Shown here in pieces: positions 1-10,000 of a stretch of 62,341 nucleotides of DNA. The stretch is from a candidate division WOR-3 bacterium (GTDB lineage Bacteria; Hydrothermota; Tepidihabitantia; SM23-42; CAYGYG01): contig CBFGIV010000010.1 of the NCBI GenBank assembly GCA_965648915.1, positions 1 through 62,341 on the forward strand, written 5' to 3'. A model generated the notes under the pieces. That model was given only the letters and a program-made list of their open reading frames with translations, searched no databases and was not told the DNA's origin. Position 1 is the stretch's first letter. The number at the start of each line of letters is the position of its first letter. Position numbers and translations under genes: made by a program.

Positions 1-38
1 CTGTCAGGCAGACAGGTCATCTTTTCAGCATATTTCAT
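1..38 (-). CDS. 5' end of a gene running off the left edge (MKYAEKMTCLPD...), product unknown
   Basis: ATG at 38 with AGGAG (50-46) and a TTGTCG-N16-TATAAT promoter (85-58) on the minus strand. Confidence 0.45.
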   Translation of the reverse strand, partial: MKYAEKMTCLPD

Positions 39-85
39 GGTTTAGCTCCTTTTGTATATTATAGCCATTAGAATTTCCACGACAA

Positions 86-1285
86 GTGGGACACAACCGG
101 GCAGTGCGCCAGACAGCGGATGGCGGATACATTATTACGGGAAATACCAAGTCGTTTGGCAGCCAGGGAATTTATCTTATAAAAACAGACGCCAATGGTG
201 AAACCCTCTGGACAAGAAAATACGGAAGAACGAATAATGATGAATGTTATGCAGTGGAACAGACCAGTGACGGTGGCTATATTGTTGCGGGGCAAATATG
301 GTGGTCGAGCACCGATCGTGATGCATATGTAATAAAAACAGACGCACAGGGCGATTCGGTCTGGTCGAAATATTACAGCCCTACGCGGAATTGGGACTGG
401 GCACGAGACATTCAACAAACGCCTGATGGTGGATATATTCTGACCGGCGCAACAGAAAGAGACTTCGCTAGCAGAAAGAGCGATGTCTGGCTTATTAGAA
501 CGGATTCTCTCGGTAACGAAATTTGGTCAAAAACATTTGGAGGGGGTGACTATGACTATGGCCATTCCGTTCAACGAACATACGATGGTGGGTATATCAT
601 AATTGGATTTGCCCGGTCATTCAGCGGTAACGGAATAAACGATGTCTATCTTGTCAAGACCGATTCTGGTGGTAATGTTATATGGACAAAGACTTACGGC
701 GGGTCATATGAAGATGTTGCTTTCTCCGGTCAGCAGACGCCGGACAGTGGCTATATTGTCGCCGGATTTACAAGATCCTTTAGTGGCGCGGACGCTGATC
801 TATGGCTTCTCAAAACCAATGCCTATGGTGACACTAACTGGGCAAAAAGATACGGAGGGACGAGAGATGATATGGGTTGGTCGGTCGATCAGATAGGTGT
901 TGGTCAATACATAGTTACCGGCTTAACACATTCGTTTGGGGCAGGTGGAGGCGATGTCTGGCTGCTGAGAGTGGGGCGCTTAGTAGAAGTGGTGGAGGGT
1001 GTAATTCCAGAAAGCCCGGTTCCCCTTCTAAAAATTTCGCCCAACCCATTCCGCGCAAAGACAGTTATAAATTATATACTAAATTCTAGGCACCAAAAGG
1101 ATATAGCATTAAAAATCTATGACGCAAGTGGAAGGCTGGTTAAAGTTTTCTCATTGCCTGGTGCTTACTGCGTAGCACCTGCTGTAATTCACTGGGATGC
1201 GAAGGATCTGGCGGCCGGTGTTTACTTTGTTGAACTTCAGGCTGGTAGTTGTCCAGAACGGCAGAAGGTAATAAAGTTGAAGTAA
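86..1285 (+). CDS. Beta-propeller repeat protein with T9SS/FlgD-like CTD; apparently 5'-truncated (possible pseudogene)
   Basis: Repeated QQTxDGGYIxxG / LxKTDxxGxxxWxKTYGG units; CTD 'ISPNPF...IYDASGRLV...GVYFV...KVIKLK'; starts mid-repeat, no signal peptide, in-frame stop at 68-70. Confidence 0.8.
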   Translation: MGHNRAVRQTADGGYIITGNTKSFGSQGIYLIKTDANGETLWTRKYGRTNNDECYAVEQTSDGGYIVAGQIWWSSTDRDAYVIKTDAQGDSVWSKYYSPTRNWDWARDIQQTPDGGYILTGATERDFASRKSDVWLIRTDSLGNEIWSKTFGGGDYDYGHSVQRTYDGGYIIIGFARSFSGNGINDVYLVKTDSGGNVIWTKTYGGSYEDVAFSGQQTPDSGYIVAGFTRSFSGADADLWLLKTNAYGDTNWAKRYGGTRDDMGWSVDQIGVGQYIVTGLTHSFGAGGGDVWLLRVGRLVEVVEGVIPESPVPLLKISPNPFRAKTVINYILNSRHQKDIALKIYDASGRLVKVFSLPGAYCVAPAVIHWDAKDLAAGVYFVELQAGSCPERQKVIKLK

Positions 1286-1353
1286 CGGACCGAATTTTTA
1301 ATTTGAGACCTCAGTCGGTAGTTGCTTGCTTTTTTATTTTAGGTTAGAGATCA

Positions 1354-1445
1354 GTGTCAGATCTGAAGATTGGACAGAGATCAGCCTGCCCTGTCAGACA
1401 CCGAGCGTTAATCGAGGAGAGAGCATTCAAACTTTCAGGTCTGAC
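1354..1445. repeat. REP-like element bounded by an imperfect inverted repeat
   Basis: gtcagatctgaa (1356-1367) / ttcaggtctgac (1434-1445); left arm gtgtcagatctg...attggaca recurs inverted at ~11311-11334. Confidence 0.5.
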
Positions 1446-1458
1446 CTCTTTTCTCACT

Positions 1459-4077
1459 TCACCTTCCCATCATATCGACGATGAAGCGGGATGGGGTCTG
1501 ATATCTTGCCTGGTAGATCTGGGGATAGGTTATATATATCTTCTCCTGGGCCCGGGTTACGGCCACATAACAGAGACGCCGTTCCTCTTCAAGGTCTTTC
1601 TGGTCATTGAGGCTCTTGAGGAGTGGAAACTGGCCTTCAACCATACCGGTTAGAAAGACGATAGGGAATTCGAGCCCTTTAGCTGAATGGATGGTCATAA
1701 GTTTAACCGCATCCTTGGTCCAATCGAGGAGGTCGAGGTTTTCAATCAAGCGGATATGTTCAAGGAGATGGCTCAGTTCACCCCGGGCAAAGGGCTGGGC
1801 AACCCTGAATAGTTCCTTGATGTTTTCGCTCCGCTCGGACTCGGTCCGGGCTGTGCCTGAGGCGGTGACGATGGCATCGAGAATCTGCACTGGATAGAGC
1901 AGGTTCTTGTCCCGGATATGGGATTTGAAGATTTTGTAACCCTTGAGCGCTGAGGCAATTTTTTTCGATCTATCCTTTTCCGCCCCTTCCTTGATAAGTT
2001 CAGCAAGTCTTGCGCGGTTTCGGTCGTCCAATTTAAAAATCCGGCCGATCGCCTCTAAACCGAGGCGTTCATTATCCTGGTTAACGGCGGTAAGGTAGTC
2101 AGTTAAAATCTTGATCTCTTCACGGGTATAAAACCTTTCACCGCCGATAAGGCTGTAGGGGATGCCCGCATGAGAAAATGTCTCTTCAAAAAGCCGGGAC
2201 TGAACATTACGCCGGAAAAGGACCGCGATCTCTGAATAATTACGATTTTCTTCCTTTACCAGACGCTCAATTTCCCTGACAACGAATTTTGCCTCTTCCT
2301 TTTCATTGTCCGCCGGGAAGACAGTCGCATCACCCGACTCGGTCTTCGCCATCGGGACAATATGTTCTTTAAAATTCCGGTTTTTGCCGATGAGATTTTC
2401 TGCCAGATGGACAATTCTTTCGGGGAGGCGGAAGGAGTAGTTGAGAATAAATGAGCGAATCTGCGGGAAGTCCTTATAGACCTGATACATCAATTCTTTC
2501 TTTGCACCACGCCAGCCATATATTGCCTGGTCTTCATCGCCGGTAAAGAAGATATTATTATGCACGGCAGCGAAATGTTTCACCAGCTGGTACTGGGCTA
2601 AATTTGTATCCTGGAGTTCGTCAACAAAGATGGCCTGAAACTTATTGGCGTAGAATTCTTTAATGTCGTCGTTCTCTTCGATCAACCTCAGGGTGTAGAG
2701 GATCAGGTCATCGAAATCCATTATATTATTATCTTTAGCGAGTTGCTGATAATGTTTATAGAACGGGACACAGGTCTTCTGCCAGCGGGAATCTAAGTTT
2801 AACTCATCGGGAAACTTACCATAGGCCTTAAAGATTGAAATGGTGTTAAGGATTGCCTTTACCTTATAAAGACCCGGGCTCGGGATTTTCAATCGCTTAA
2901 CAATCTCCTCCGGGCTATCAATTTCAAAATCCTCACTGAAGTCAAGCCGTTGGGCCCAGCGCCTCAAAATCTTAAGTCCATGAAAATGGAATGTCCCGAT
3001 CCAGAGGTCATCCAGTCCGGTCATCCCGGGCTGGATCTTTCTCAGACGGGCTTTGATGTCGTTTGCTGCTTTATTGGTAAAGGTCACAACCAGGATATTT
3101 TCGGGCCTGACTCCGTCATTCAGTCTTTTCAACACTGCCAGGGTCAGGGTTGTGGTCTTGCCCGAACCAGGGGCACCAAAGAGGATAATCGGACCAGAGA
3201 GGTCGGCCAGTATCTCTGCCTGGGTCGGGGTCGGCGTAACGATTTCGGGCGGAATCGGTTTGATGGGAGCAATTTCAGTCAGGGGAATCCCCCTCTTTTT
3301 CTCAGTCAAACTGTTGAGAAAATCGGTTGGGGTCGGGCGATCAGTAATATCGGGTTTGAGCCCCTGCTGGATAAGGTCTTGAATCTTTTCCGGGACTTTA
3401 GGCTCGAAGTTCGAAACTGGAAGATAATCGCCTTCTTTGATCCTCATCCGCAGTTCCTCAAGATTGTCGGCAAGGAAAGGTGGCCTTCCGGTCAACATTT
3501 CATAAAAGATGACACTTGTTGACCAGATATCAGATGCGGGGGAGAATTTGCCCGCCCAGGCTTCGGGTGCCATATAGAGAGGTGTACCGGCAGTTGAGGC
3601 TGAGATTGAACCGGGCTTTATAAAACGGGCCAGACCAAAATCAGTGAGTTTGACCACGCCTTCACGGTTGATCAGGATATTTTCGGGTTTTAAATCCCGG
3701 TGGATGACATTCAGGTTATGGGCATAGATCAGGGCTTCGAGAATCTGACGAACAATCTCGCAGGCCGGTTCGATCTCGAGATGTTTTTCTTTTCGGATTG
3801 TTTCCCGGAGTGACGGACCATCGACATATTCCATCACCATTACAAATTTACCCTCGATCTTATCGATGTTGAAAAACCGGACAATATTTTGATGGTTCAA
3901 AGAGGCCAGAAGCCGTGCCTCGTCTTTGAGCATCAATATTTCATCTTCGCGCATCCGTGAGATCTTGAGGGCAAATTCGGCATTGAGAATTGTATCAAAG
4001 GCGAGATAGACATCACCGAACTGGCCTCCGCCCAGCCATTTCTTTATTTCATATTTGCCCAGTCGGTTGCCTATCAT
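1459..4077 (-). CDS. Hanks-type Ser/Thr kinase fused N-terminally to a UvrD/PcrA-type SF1A helicase
   Basis: Kinase: GGGQFG, ALK, HRDLKPEN, DFG, GTPLYMAPE. Helicase: GAPGSGKT, TFTNKAA, VDELQD, GDEDQAIYGWRG, TIHSAKGLEF, EERRLCYVAVTRA. Confidence 0.92.
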   Translation of the reverse strand: MIGNRLGKYEIKKWLGGGQFGDVYLAFDTILNAEFALKISRMREDEILMLKDEARLLASLNHQNIVRFFNIDKIEGKFVMVMEYVDGPSLRETIRKEKHLEIEPACEIVRQILEALIYAHNLNVIHRDLKPENILINREGVVKLTDFGLARFIKPGSISASTAGTPLYMAPEAWAGKFSPASDIWSTSVIFYEMLTGRPPFLADNLEELRMRIKEGDYLPVSNFEPKVPEKIQDLIQQGLKPDITDRPTPTDFLNSLTEKKRGIPLTEIAPIKPIPPEIVTPTPTQAEILADLSGPIILFGAPGSGKTTTLTLAVLKRLNDGVRPENILVVTFTNKAANDIKARLRKIQPGMTGLDDLWIGTFHFHGLKILRRWAQRLDFSEDFEIDSPEEIVKRLKIPSPGLYKVKAILNTISIFKAYGKFPDELNLDSRWQKTCVPFYKHYQQLAKDNNIMDFDDLILYTLRLIEENDDIKEFYANKFQAIFVDELQDTNLAQYQLVKHFAAVHNNIFFTGDEDQAIYGWRGAKKELMYQVYKDFPQIRSFILNYSFRLPERIVHLAENLIGKNRNFKEHIVPMAKTESGDATVFPADNEKEEAKFVVREIERLVKEENRNYSEIAVLFRRNVQSRLFEETFSHAGIPYSLIGGERFYTREEIKILTDYLTAVNQDNERLGLEAIGRIFKLDDRNRARLAELIKEGAEKDRSKKIASALKGYKIFKSHIRDKNLLYPVQILDAIVTASGTARTESERSENIKELFRVAQPFARGELSHLLEHIRLIENLDLLDWTKDAVKLMTIHSAKGLEFPIVFLTGMVEGQFPLLKSLNDQKDLEEERRLCYVAVTRAQEKIYITYPQIYQARYQTPSRFIVDMMGR

Positions 4078-4130
4078 ATATGTTTAATCGTTACATCGAT
4101 ACTCAGACTGACCGGTGGCTAAAGCGTCGA

Positions 4131-5075
4131 TCAATTTACAGGGAATAGAGAAAGATGGAGCAGTCTGGTTCCTATTCTTGACTTGGGCTGGCTGACCAAG
4201 GCCCGGCCTAAGAGCCGGCGTGCCTCCAGCCGATATTCGAAGCCCAGACCCCGTGACCTGAGCCTGACCATCTTCGCTTCAGTTAATTCTTGAACTAATT
4301 TTGCAGGTAATCCTTCAGGTATTGAAGTTACCCGGTCCCGGTGCTCAAGGGCATCGAGCACATAACTCTTGATCAACTTCTCCTTAAAGATTTTGAAGAG
4401 TTCGTTGGAGCCGAAGAGATCCAGGGCAAGGAATTTATTGGCGACGACCGCAATCACACCACAGATATCTTCGATCCCTTTAATATCCTCAAGATAATGG
4501 CTGATCTCGTCATTCAATCCATCGTAAAGGTCGTGCATCGAAGAAGTCTGAGAATTTATCCTGGTGATTGACAATTTGCGTTCGATCTCCTGCCAGATAA
4601 GACGCTGACTCTTTTTTAGATCGGTTGCCCGATTTCCACGGATCGTATTCCTGGCCAGAATTGCCCGCAGTGTCGGGTAAGAGACCGAACGGCCGGAAAA
4701 GAACCGGTTAGCATCTTTACTCTCCCATCTCCCTTCTTCAACACAGACGGTTGGAACTACAAGATCGGATTGAGTTTCAACCAGATAGGAGGCGGCGGTA
4801 ATCCGGTTCTGCATTGCACCCAGGACCTCTTCACCATCGATCAGGAGGAGATGCTGGTCAGATCGATTTCTGACCCTGATACCATCAATCCGGGGAGGAT
4901 GGAGCTCTTCGATCTCACAGAGTTTTTTTTCAAGCAGGTGGTCAATGCTGGTAACATTCTCAATCTTACCATTGCCATTGGTCAGAGGAAAGAGGAGCAG
5001 GTTTCTTAGAAAGACTGGTTCACCGATTTTTATCTTTTGGTTTAGTGCTTTGACATCGATATTATCATCATGCAT
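4131..5075 (-). CDS. ARPP-1 / DUF6569-like protein
   Basis: Motifs LLIDGEEVLGAMQNR, VPTVCVEEGRW, QxxIWQEI, DLFGS...KLIKSYVLDA, recognised from memory of this family. Confidence 0.75.
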   Translation of the reverse strand: MHDDNIDVKALNQKIKIGEPVFLRNLLLFPLTNGNGKIENVTSIDHLLEKKLCEIEELHPPRIDGIRVRNRSDQHLLLIDGEEVLGAMQNRITAASYLVETQSDLVVPTVCVEEGRWESKDANRFFSGRSVSYPTLRAILARNTIRGNRATDLKKSQRLIWQEIERKLSITRINSQTSSMHDLYDGLNDEISHYLEDIKGIEDICGVIAVVANKFLALDLFGSNELFKIFKEKLIKSYVLDALEHRDRVTSIPEGLPAKLVQELTEAKMVRLRSRGLGFEYRLEARRLLGRALVSQPKSRIGTRLLHLSLFPVN

Positions 5076-5081
5076 AAATTT

Positions 5082-5109
5082 ATTTTACAATTAATTTGCC
5101 TAAAGTCAA
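5082..5109 (-). promoter_or_regulatory. Sigma70-type promoter, probably leaderless, for the ARPP-1 / kinase-helicase unit
   Basis: TTGACT-N16-TAAAAT ending 6 nt before ATG 5075; no SD. Confidence 0.65.
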
Positions 5110-5191
5110 GGGGTTTTGTGAGGAGGAAAATTAAAAAGCAGCGTCCTGATGATATGGTCTGTCTGGTTAACAAGTCTATCTGGGCGTAACA

Positions 5192-5219
5192 CCTGTCTGC
5201 GTCCTTTTGCACAGGCAGG
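5192..5219. repeat. Small palindromic repeat CCTGTCTG...CAGGCAGG
   Basis: cctgtctgcgtccttttgcacaggcagg; near-identical copy at 10943-10970, related partial copy at 1-16. Confidence 0.7.
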
Positions 5220-5253
5220 AGAATAAATTCTTCCTGTAAATATCAGAGGCTGT

Positions 5254-7029
5254 TTATTCAATTACCACCACCTTTTTTGTAATTATCTTATCCTTACTTT
5301 CAAACCGCACAAAATAGACACCAGGATTCATTGGAATAGCAGGAGGTAAAGACCCGGGATTAAATGATTTCACCATCTTCCCGCTGACATCATAAATCTT
5401 TAACTCTATTTTCTGACTTCTTGAATCTGACTTCTGACCCCTGTCTTCTGATATCTGTAATCTGATTTCTCTCCTTGCTGGGTTCTGTAAAATCTTCAAT
5501 CCAGTATCGAGTATCGAGTATCGAGTATCTTCTGTAATGCCAGTTTGGCGAATCACAAAGGTGCTGTCACTGAAATCCCAGGCCGTGCCTCGGGGTTTAT
5601 TCTCTCCTGGCCTGGGCGGTCCATAAGCCCAAATCATCAATTTGCAGGAATCGGAAAGACGATTCGGGACTCTCCAGACGAAAGTAGATTCATCTGGAAA
5701 TGGGACTCTGGCAATCGTATCATTGTAAGTGCGACCGTTATCAGAAGAGAAGAAAATCATAAAAGAATCAGCACCCGGTGGCGTAAACTTCCGCCATCTT
5801 ATAGTAATCTGACTATCCGGTTTTAAAATCTCACCACCATTGGGATACAAAAGCCGGACTCCTTCAATCTCAAAAATATGAGTCTCATTACCGCCGGATT
5901 CAATTATCTCAGGATAACCATTTTTATTTAAATCATAGATGTGAATATTGGTGCAATTGTGACCATTATTGCCGTTATATTGTGAATAGATTCGCTGAAA
6001 CTGGTTATTTCCAGTTGCAGTATAAATCATCCAGTCTGAAATACTTGCCCAGATAAGTTCGTTTTTACCATCCGAATCCACATCGCCGCAATCACTGTGA
6101 AAACCGAATGGCGAAAGTCTGTTTTCGACTGAATCCATAAAGATAATCTCAAACTGGTTATCGCCAACTGTCTCAAATATTGCCATTAGATTGGCAAATC
6201 GGATACCACCATAAGCCCCACCAATAAGAAATTCCTTCTTTCCATCACCATCCAAATCGCCTAATTTTATTGCATCCCAATTAGTAGGCCAGGGCACGGT
6301 TTCTTCTCTAATGAATCGATATTGGTCATTGCCGGTGCACTCATAAATCAGCACATTACGAAAACCATCGTCACTTGAAGCAATGAATTCAATATTGCCA
6401 TCATAATCAAAATCATCAACTGCAAAGGAAAATTTGCCACGATCTCTGGGAACTGAATCAAAATAAACTATTTGATATTGATTATTCCCTACATTTTCGA
6501 ATACATAAAGAAATCGGTCGTCACCGCATAAGACTTCTTTCTTACCATCCTTATCAAGGTCAACGATATACATTGGCTGCCAATTATATACTTGCGGGGG
6601 GAATCCATATTTCCAGACTCGCTTCTTGGGATAAGTATTCAAGCTTTCTTGCTCATAGATACTCAGGGTATCCCAAATCCCATGAATAACAACGTCGTAC
6701 AATGAATCGCCATCTAAATCGCCAATATCCCAGAATACATTAGTATAGAAAATAGAATCTCTGAATATAAACCGATTAAAGGACTCGTATCCATAGTAAG
6801 CAATTAAAGCAGTATCAAGGAGGCTGATTTTTGAAAATCGATTCAAACTTAAAGGTATTGGCGTAGTGCATGAAAAAGTTATATCATTTTGTCCATCTCT
6901 ATTAATATCAAGACCCTGTATGTATCCATAACTCCAGGTAATGCCTTTCGGGATATACGCAATCTGCTTAAAGTTAAGCGAATAAAGCAACGAAACCAAA
7001 AGCAGGAAGAATGAAATTCTTATTTTCAA
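5254..7029 (-). CDS. Secreted FG-GAP/VCBS-repeat protein with Ig-like region and T9SS/FlgD-like CTD
   Basis: Signal peptide MKIRISFFLLLVSLLYS; several D-x-D-x-D-G-x-x-E loops; CTD 'LQNPA...IYDVSGKMV...GVYFV...KKVVVIE'. Confidence 0.85.
   Translation of the reverse strand: MKIRISFFLLLVSLLYSLNFKQIAYIPKGITWSYGYIQGLDINRDGQNDITFSCTTPIPLSLNRFSKISLLDTALIAYYGYESFNRFIFRDSIFYTNVFWDIGDLDGDSLYDVVIHGIWDTLSIYEQESLNTYPKKRVWKYGFPPQVYNWQPMYIVDLDKDGKKEVLCGDDRFLYVFENVGNNQYQIVYFDSVPRDRGKFSFAVDDFDYDGNIEFIASSDDGFRNVLIYECTGNDQYRFIREETVPWPTNWDAIKLGDLDGDGKKEFLIGGAYGGIRFANLMAIFETVGDNQFEIIFMDSVENRLSPFGFHSDCGDVDSDGKNELIWASISDWMIYTATGNNQFQRIYSQYNGNNGHNCTNIHIYDLNKNGYPEIIESGGNETHIFEIEGVRLLYPNGGEILKPDSQITIRWRKFTPPGADSFMIFFSSDNGRTYNDTIARVPFPDESTFVWRVPNRLSDSCKLMIWAYGPPRPGENKPRGTAWDFSDSTFVIRQTGITEDTRYSILDTGLKILQNPARREIRLQISEDRGQKSDSRSQKIELKIYDVSGKMVKSFNPGSLPPAIPMNPGVYFVRFESKDKIITKKVVVIE
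5411..5530. repeat. Heptamer tandem repeats in coding sequence
   Basis: (AGTATCG)x3 + AGTATCT at 5503-5530; about 8 degenerate (T/A)TCTGAC-like units at 5411-5466. Confidence 0.85.
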
Positions 7030-7042
7030 CTATGCTCTCCTT

Positions 7043-7073
7043 GTGCTGGGGAGGAATTTGTCCTCCCCAGCAC
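7043..7073. other. 13-bp-stem intergenic hairpin between two co-oriented CTD genes
   Basis: gtgctggggagga-atttg-tcctccccagcac; on the coding strand it has no U-tract and abuts the SD of the next gene. Confidence 0.7.
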
Positions 7074-7083
7074 TCTATTTTTT

Positions 7084-10000
7084 CTACCTGCTTATTATTA
7101 TTTTTCTCGTTTCAGTTTTGACCGAGTTGTCGAATTTTATGAAGTAAACACCATTCGATAGCTTACCGGTATCAACGGGAATTCTATGGTCACCTGTTTT
7201 CTGAGTCCTGTTAAGAACAGGCATCACCATTCTGCCTGTAATATCATATAACTCTATCGTAACTCTTGCTGTCGCCCCAAGATGATAAGCAATCGTAAAG
7301 GCTCTGCTCGAAATTGTAGGCGAAACCTTAAGTTTTGTATCTTTAAGCAAATCTGAAACCACTGAAGACTGAGAGCCACCGCCACCAGGAGCACTTGCTT
7401 TCTTAGCATACTGATATACTGTTATCGGACCCATAACTACAAAATCACCATTTACCTTTGCCATTTTCAAAGATACCTTATGATCCTGCCGATACATCTC
7501 CGCAGGAATCCAGAATGTAAGCGTCTCTACCTTTGCTTGCGGGAAAGTATATACTGCAATCTCCTTTCCGTCAAGAGAAATCTTTGCCGTCTTAGCAATC
7601 CCTTCGTGATAAACAACTGCCTTGATTTTATAACTGTAGGCGGGATGTAAAAAAGACAGTTCATAAGCAAGCTCATCCTTGGCGATGTCAACCGGACATT
7701 GTGGATAGGTAATAAAACCATCCCGTTTTGTGCAGTAGGGCGAGATTGTCTGCTTGCCGGTTTCAACCGCATAAAAACCTTGGTCACCAGTATCGTCTGT
7801 GAATTGTTGACGCTTGAAGTAAATCGAATTGTTATCTTCGGTTCGGAGAGTGTAAAGGTAAGTAATTGGTGAGCTAAATTCCCATTGACTGTGTGGCCAG
7901 TAAGAGTAAGTAGTATTTTGCTCAACAAAGCCATCTTCTATATTTCCATCGGGTTTATATCTGCGGTATTTGATGTCGTAGTTGTTGCCGGAAATCTGCT
8001 CTGCCCAGACCACGAATTCTCGTCCAGCTTCAGTAGGTGATTCAGAAGCAAAAGATGGCGTATTACTGACAGGACAATATTGCCAAGATGGGGGAGGAAT
8101 TATATGTTGTCTTGCTGCCCGCCAGACATCCCAATCGTTGTTTCGAAATTCGCTCCAGGCGACAAAGACTGAATCGCCATAGAATTCACAGAAAGGGTGC
8201 ATTGAGGGATCGGTCGGCCACTCCCTGACTTTGGTTGCGGGTGTCCATTGACCGGTATTCGGGTCGCGGTAACTGTAAGCAATATCATCGTCGTCATATC
8301 CATTATACCAGTGCCAGGCACAATGGATACCATAGTTATTATCAACCGCCAGGGAAGGCTGATCAGGCGTTCCTACATCACTCCCGGTAATCAACTCATC
8401 AACCTGTGTTAGCGGGTCATTATAAATCATATGTTTACACATTATACAAGGGCGTTCCTGTTCTCCTAACTCCCATCGCAGTTCATAAGCAATAAAGACC
8501 GTGTTGCCCGCCGCAACCATCGAGGGCGTGCACGGATTGGCACCAGGGACGGGTAAAATCGCATGCTGCCAGGTCCCGGTTTCATTCCAGTGATAATGGA
8601 GACGGTTTGCGGTATCAATATCACAATAAGCCACACAGGGAATCATTGCAAAAAAGTGGGTGATTGCAAGGGCTATTGAAGGATCACGACCTCGACCCAG
8701 ATACTCTGCCCCACACCAGGTGGTGCCATTATCGGTTGATAGTCGATAATAGATTCTGTTATCATATTCAAAGACCATATGAAGGTTTGGGGAGAAGGGG
8801 TCTTTCACAAGATGTCGGGCCTGGGAGGGATGGGTAGTGCCGTTACCAAGGCAATTCGGAATACCATGTTTGATAACAGTAAGCGAGCAAGAACGCCCCA
8901 CTGCAAAATAATATGAATACCCACAACTGTAGATACTCGCATCGGCACCGTAAACCACATCATAAGCGGAATGCGTATAACTAGAACTTGGATTAGGAGT
9001 AGGATATAGATATATGAATCGTGAATTGCCATTATCTTTATTCAAACTTATGAGAGTATATTGAGCATCGCTATTTGTATAAGCACTTTGCCCAACAACA
9101 TAAATATTATTATCAAGACCGTAAGCAATTGAGTAAGCATAATCATTTTTATTATTAACTGGGCCATATCTGTAACACCAACGGGGCACAGTCGGATTGT
9201 CCTTTACCAGACTCATTGCATAAAAATCAGCGTGCCTATAAGAATTACTCCAGGTCGTGTCTGAACTTCCACATAGATAGAGATTGTCGTCATTTCCATA
9301 GATAATCCGTGCAGCACCGTCAGCATGACCAGAAGGACCGGTTCCATTCCATCTGAAGACCCGGGGCCAGAGCAGATTCCCTGTAGCAGTATCTATACAA
9401 CTGACAAAAATGTCGTAATAGGTAGAAGAATAACTAGCACTGGAACTGCCGGTAACATAGATCTTCCCATCGAGCCCTTTAATAACACAGGTGGCGGAGT
9501 CGTCAAAATTATAAGGGTTATAGGTATATGTCCAGCGCAATTGCCCTGATGTATTTAGGGACATCACCACAGCATCATAGAGTTGACCGTTTGGCGGATT
9601 CCAGTTTGTGAGGTAACCTGCTACATAAATGTATTCACCCGGTCCGTATATTATTGAAAGGGCTTTATTACTTCCTGTACCACTACCTGCAATACTATAT
9701 TCCCAGCGGATGTCACCATCCCGGTTTAAACTGGCAACATAGAATTTATATAAGGGAGTCCCTGTTATTTGGCCACAAATATAGATGTTCCCGTCCTCAC
9801 CATAGGTAATTGAGTAACCACAATCATTGCTGACTGTTCCAAGGAGTTTGCTCCAGATATTGTTCCCAGTTTTACTGTCAAGACAAACTACGAGTATATC
9901 ATCGTCTCCGTTTGCCCGCAGAAACTTACCCACAGCATAAATCCTGTTATCTTTACCATAAACAAGGGAGAGCGCATTATCGCTTGCCTGGATCGGGTGT

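Noticed and set aside
4072..4087. LexA-like box before the kinase-helicase
   Set aside because: Only one half-site (ATATGTTTA) matches
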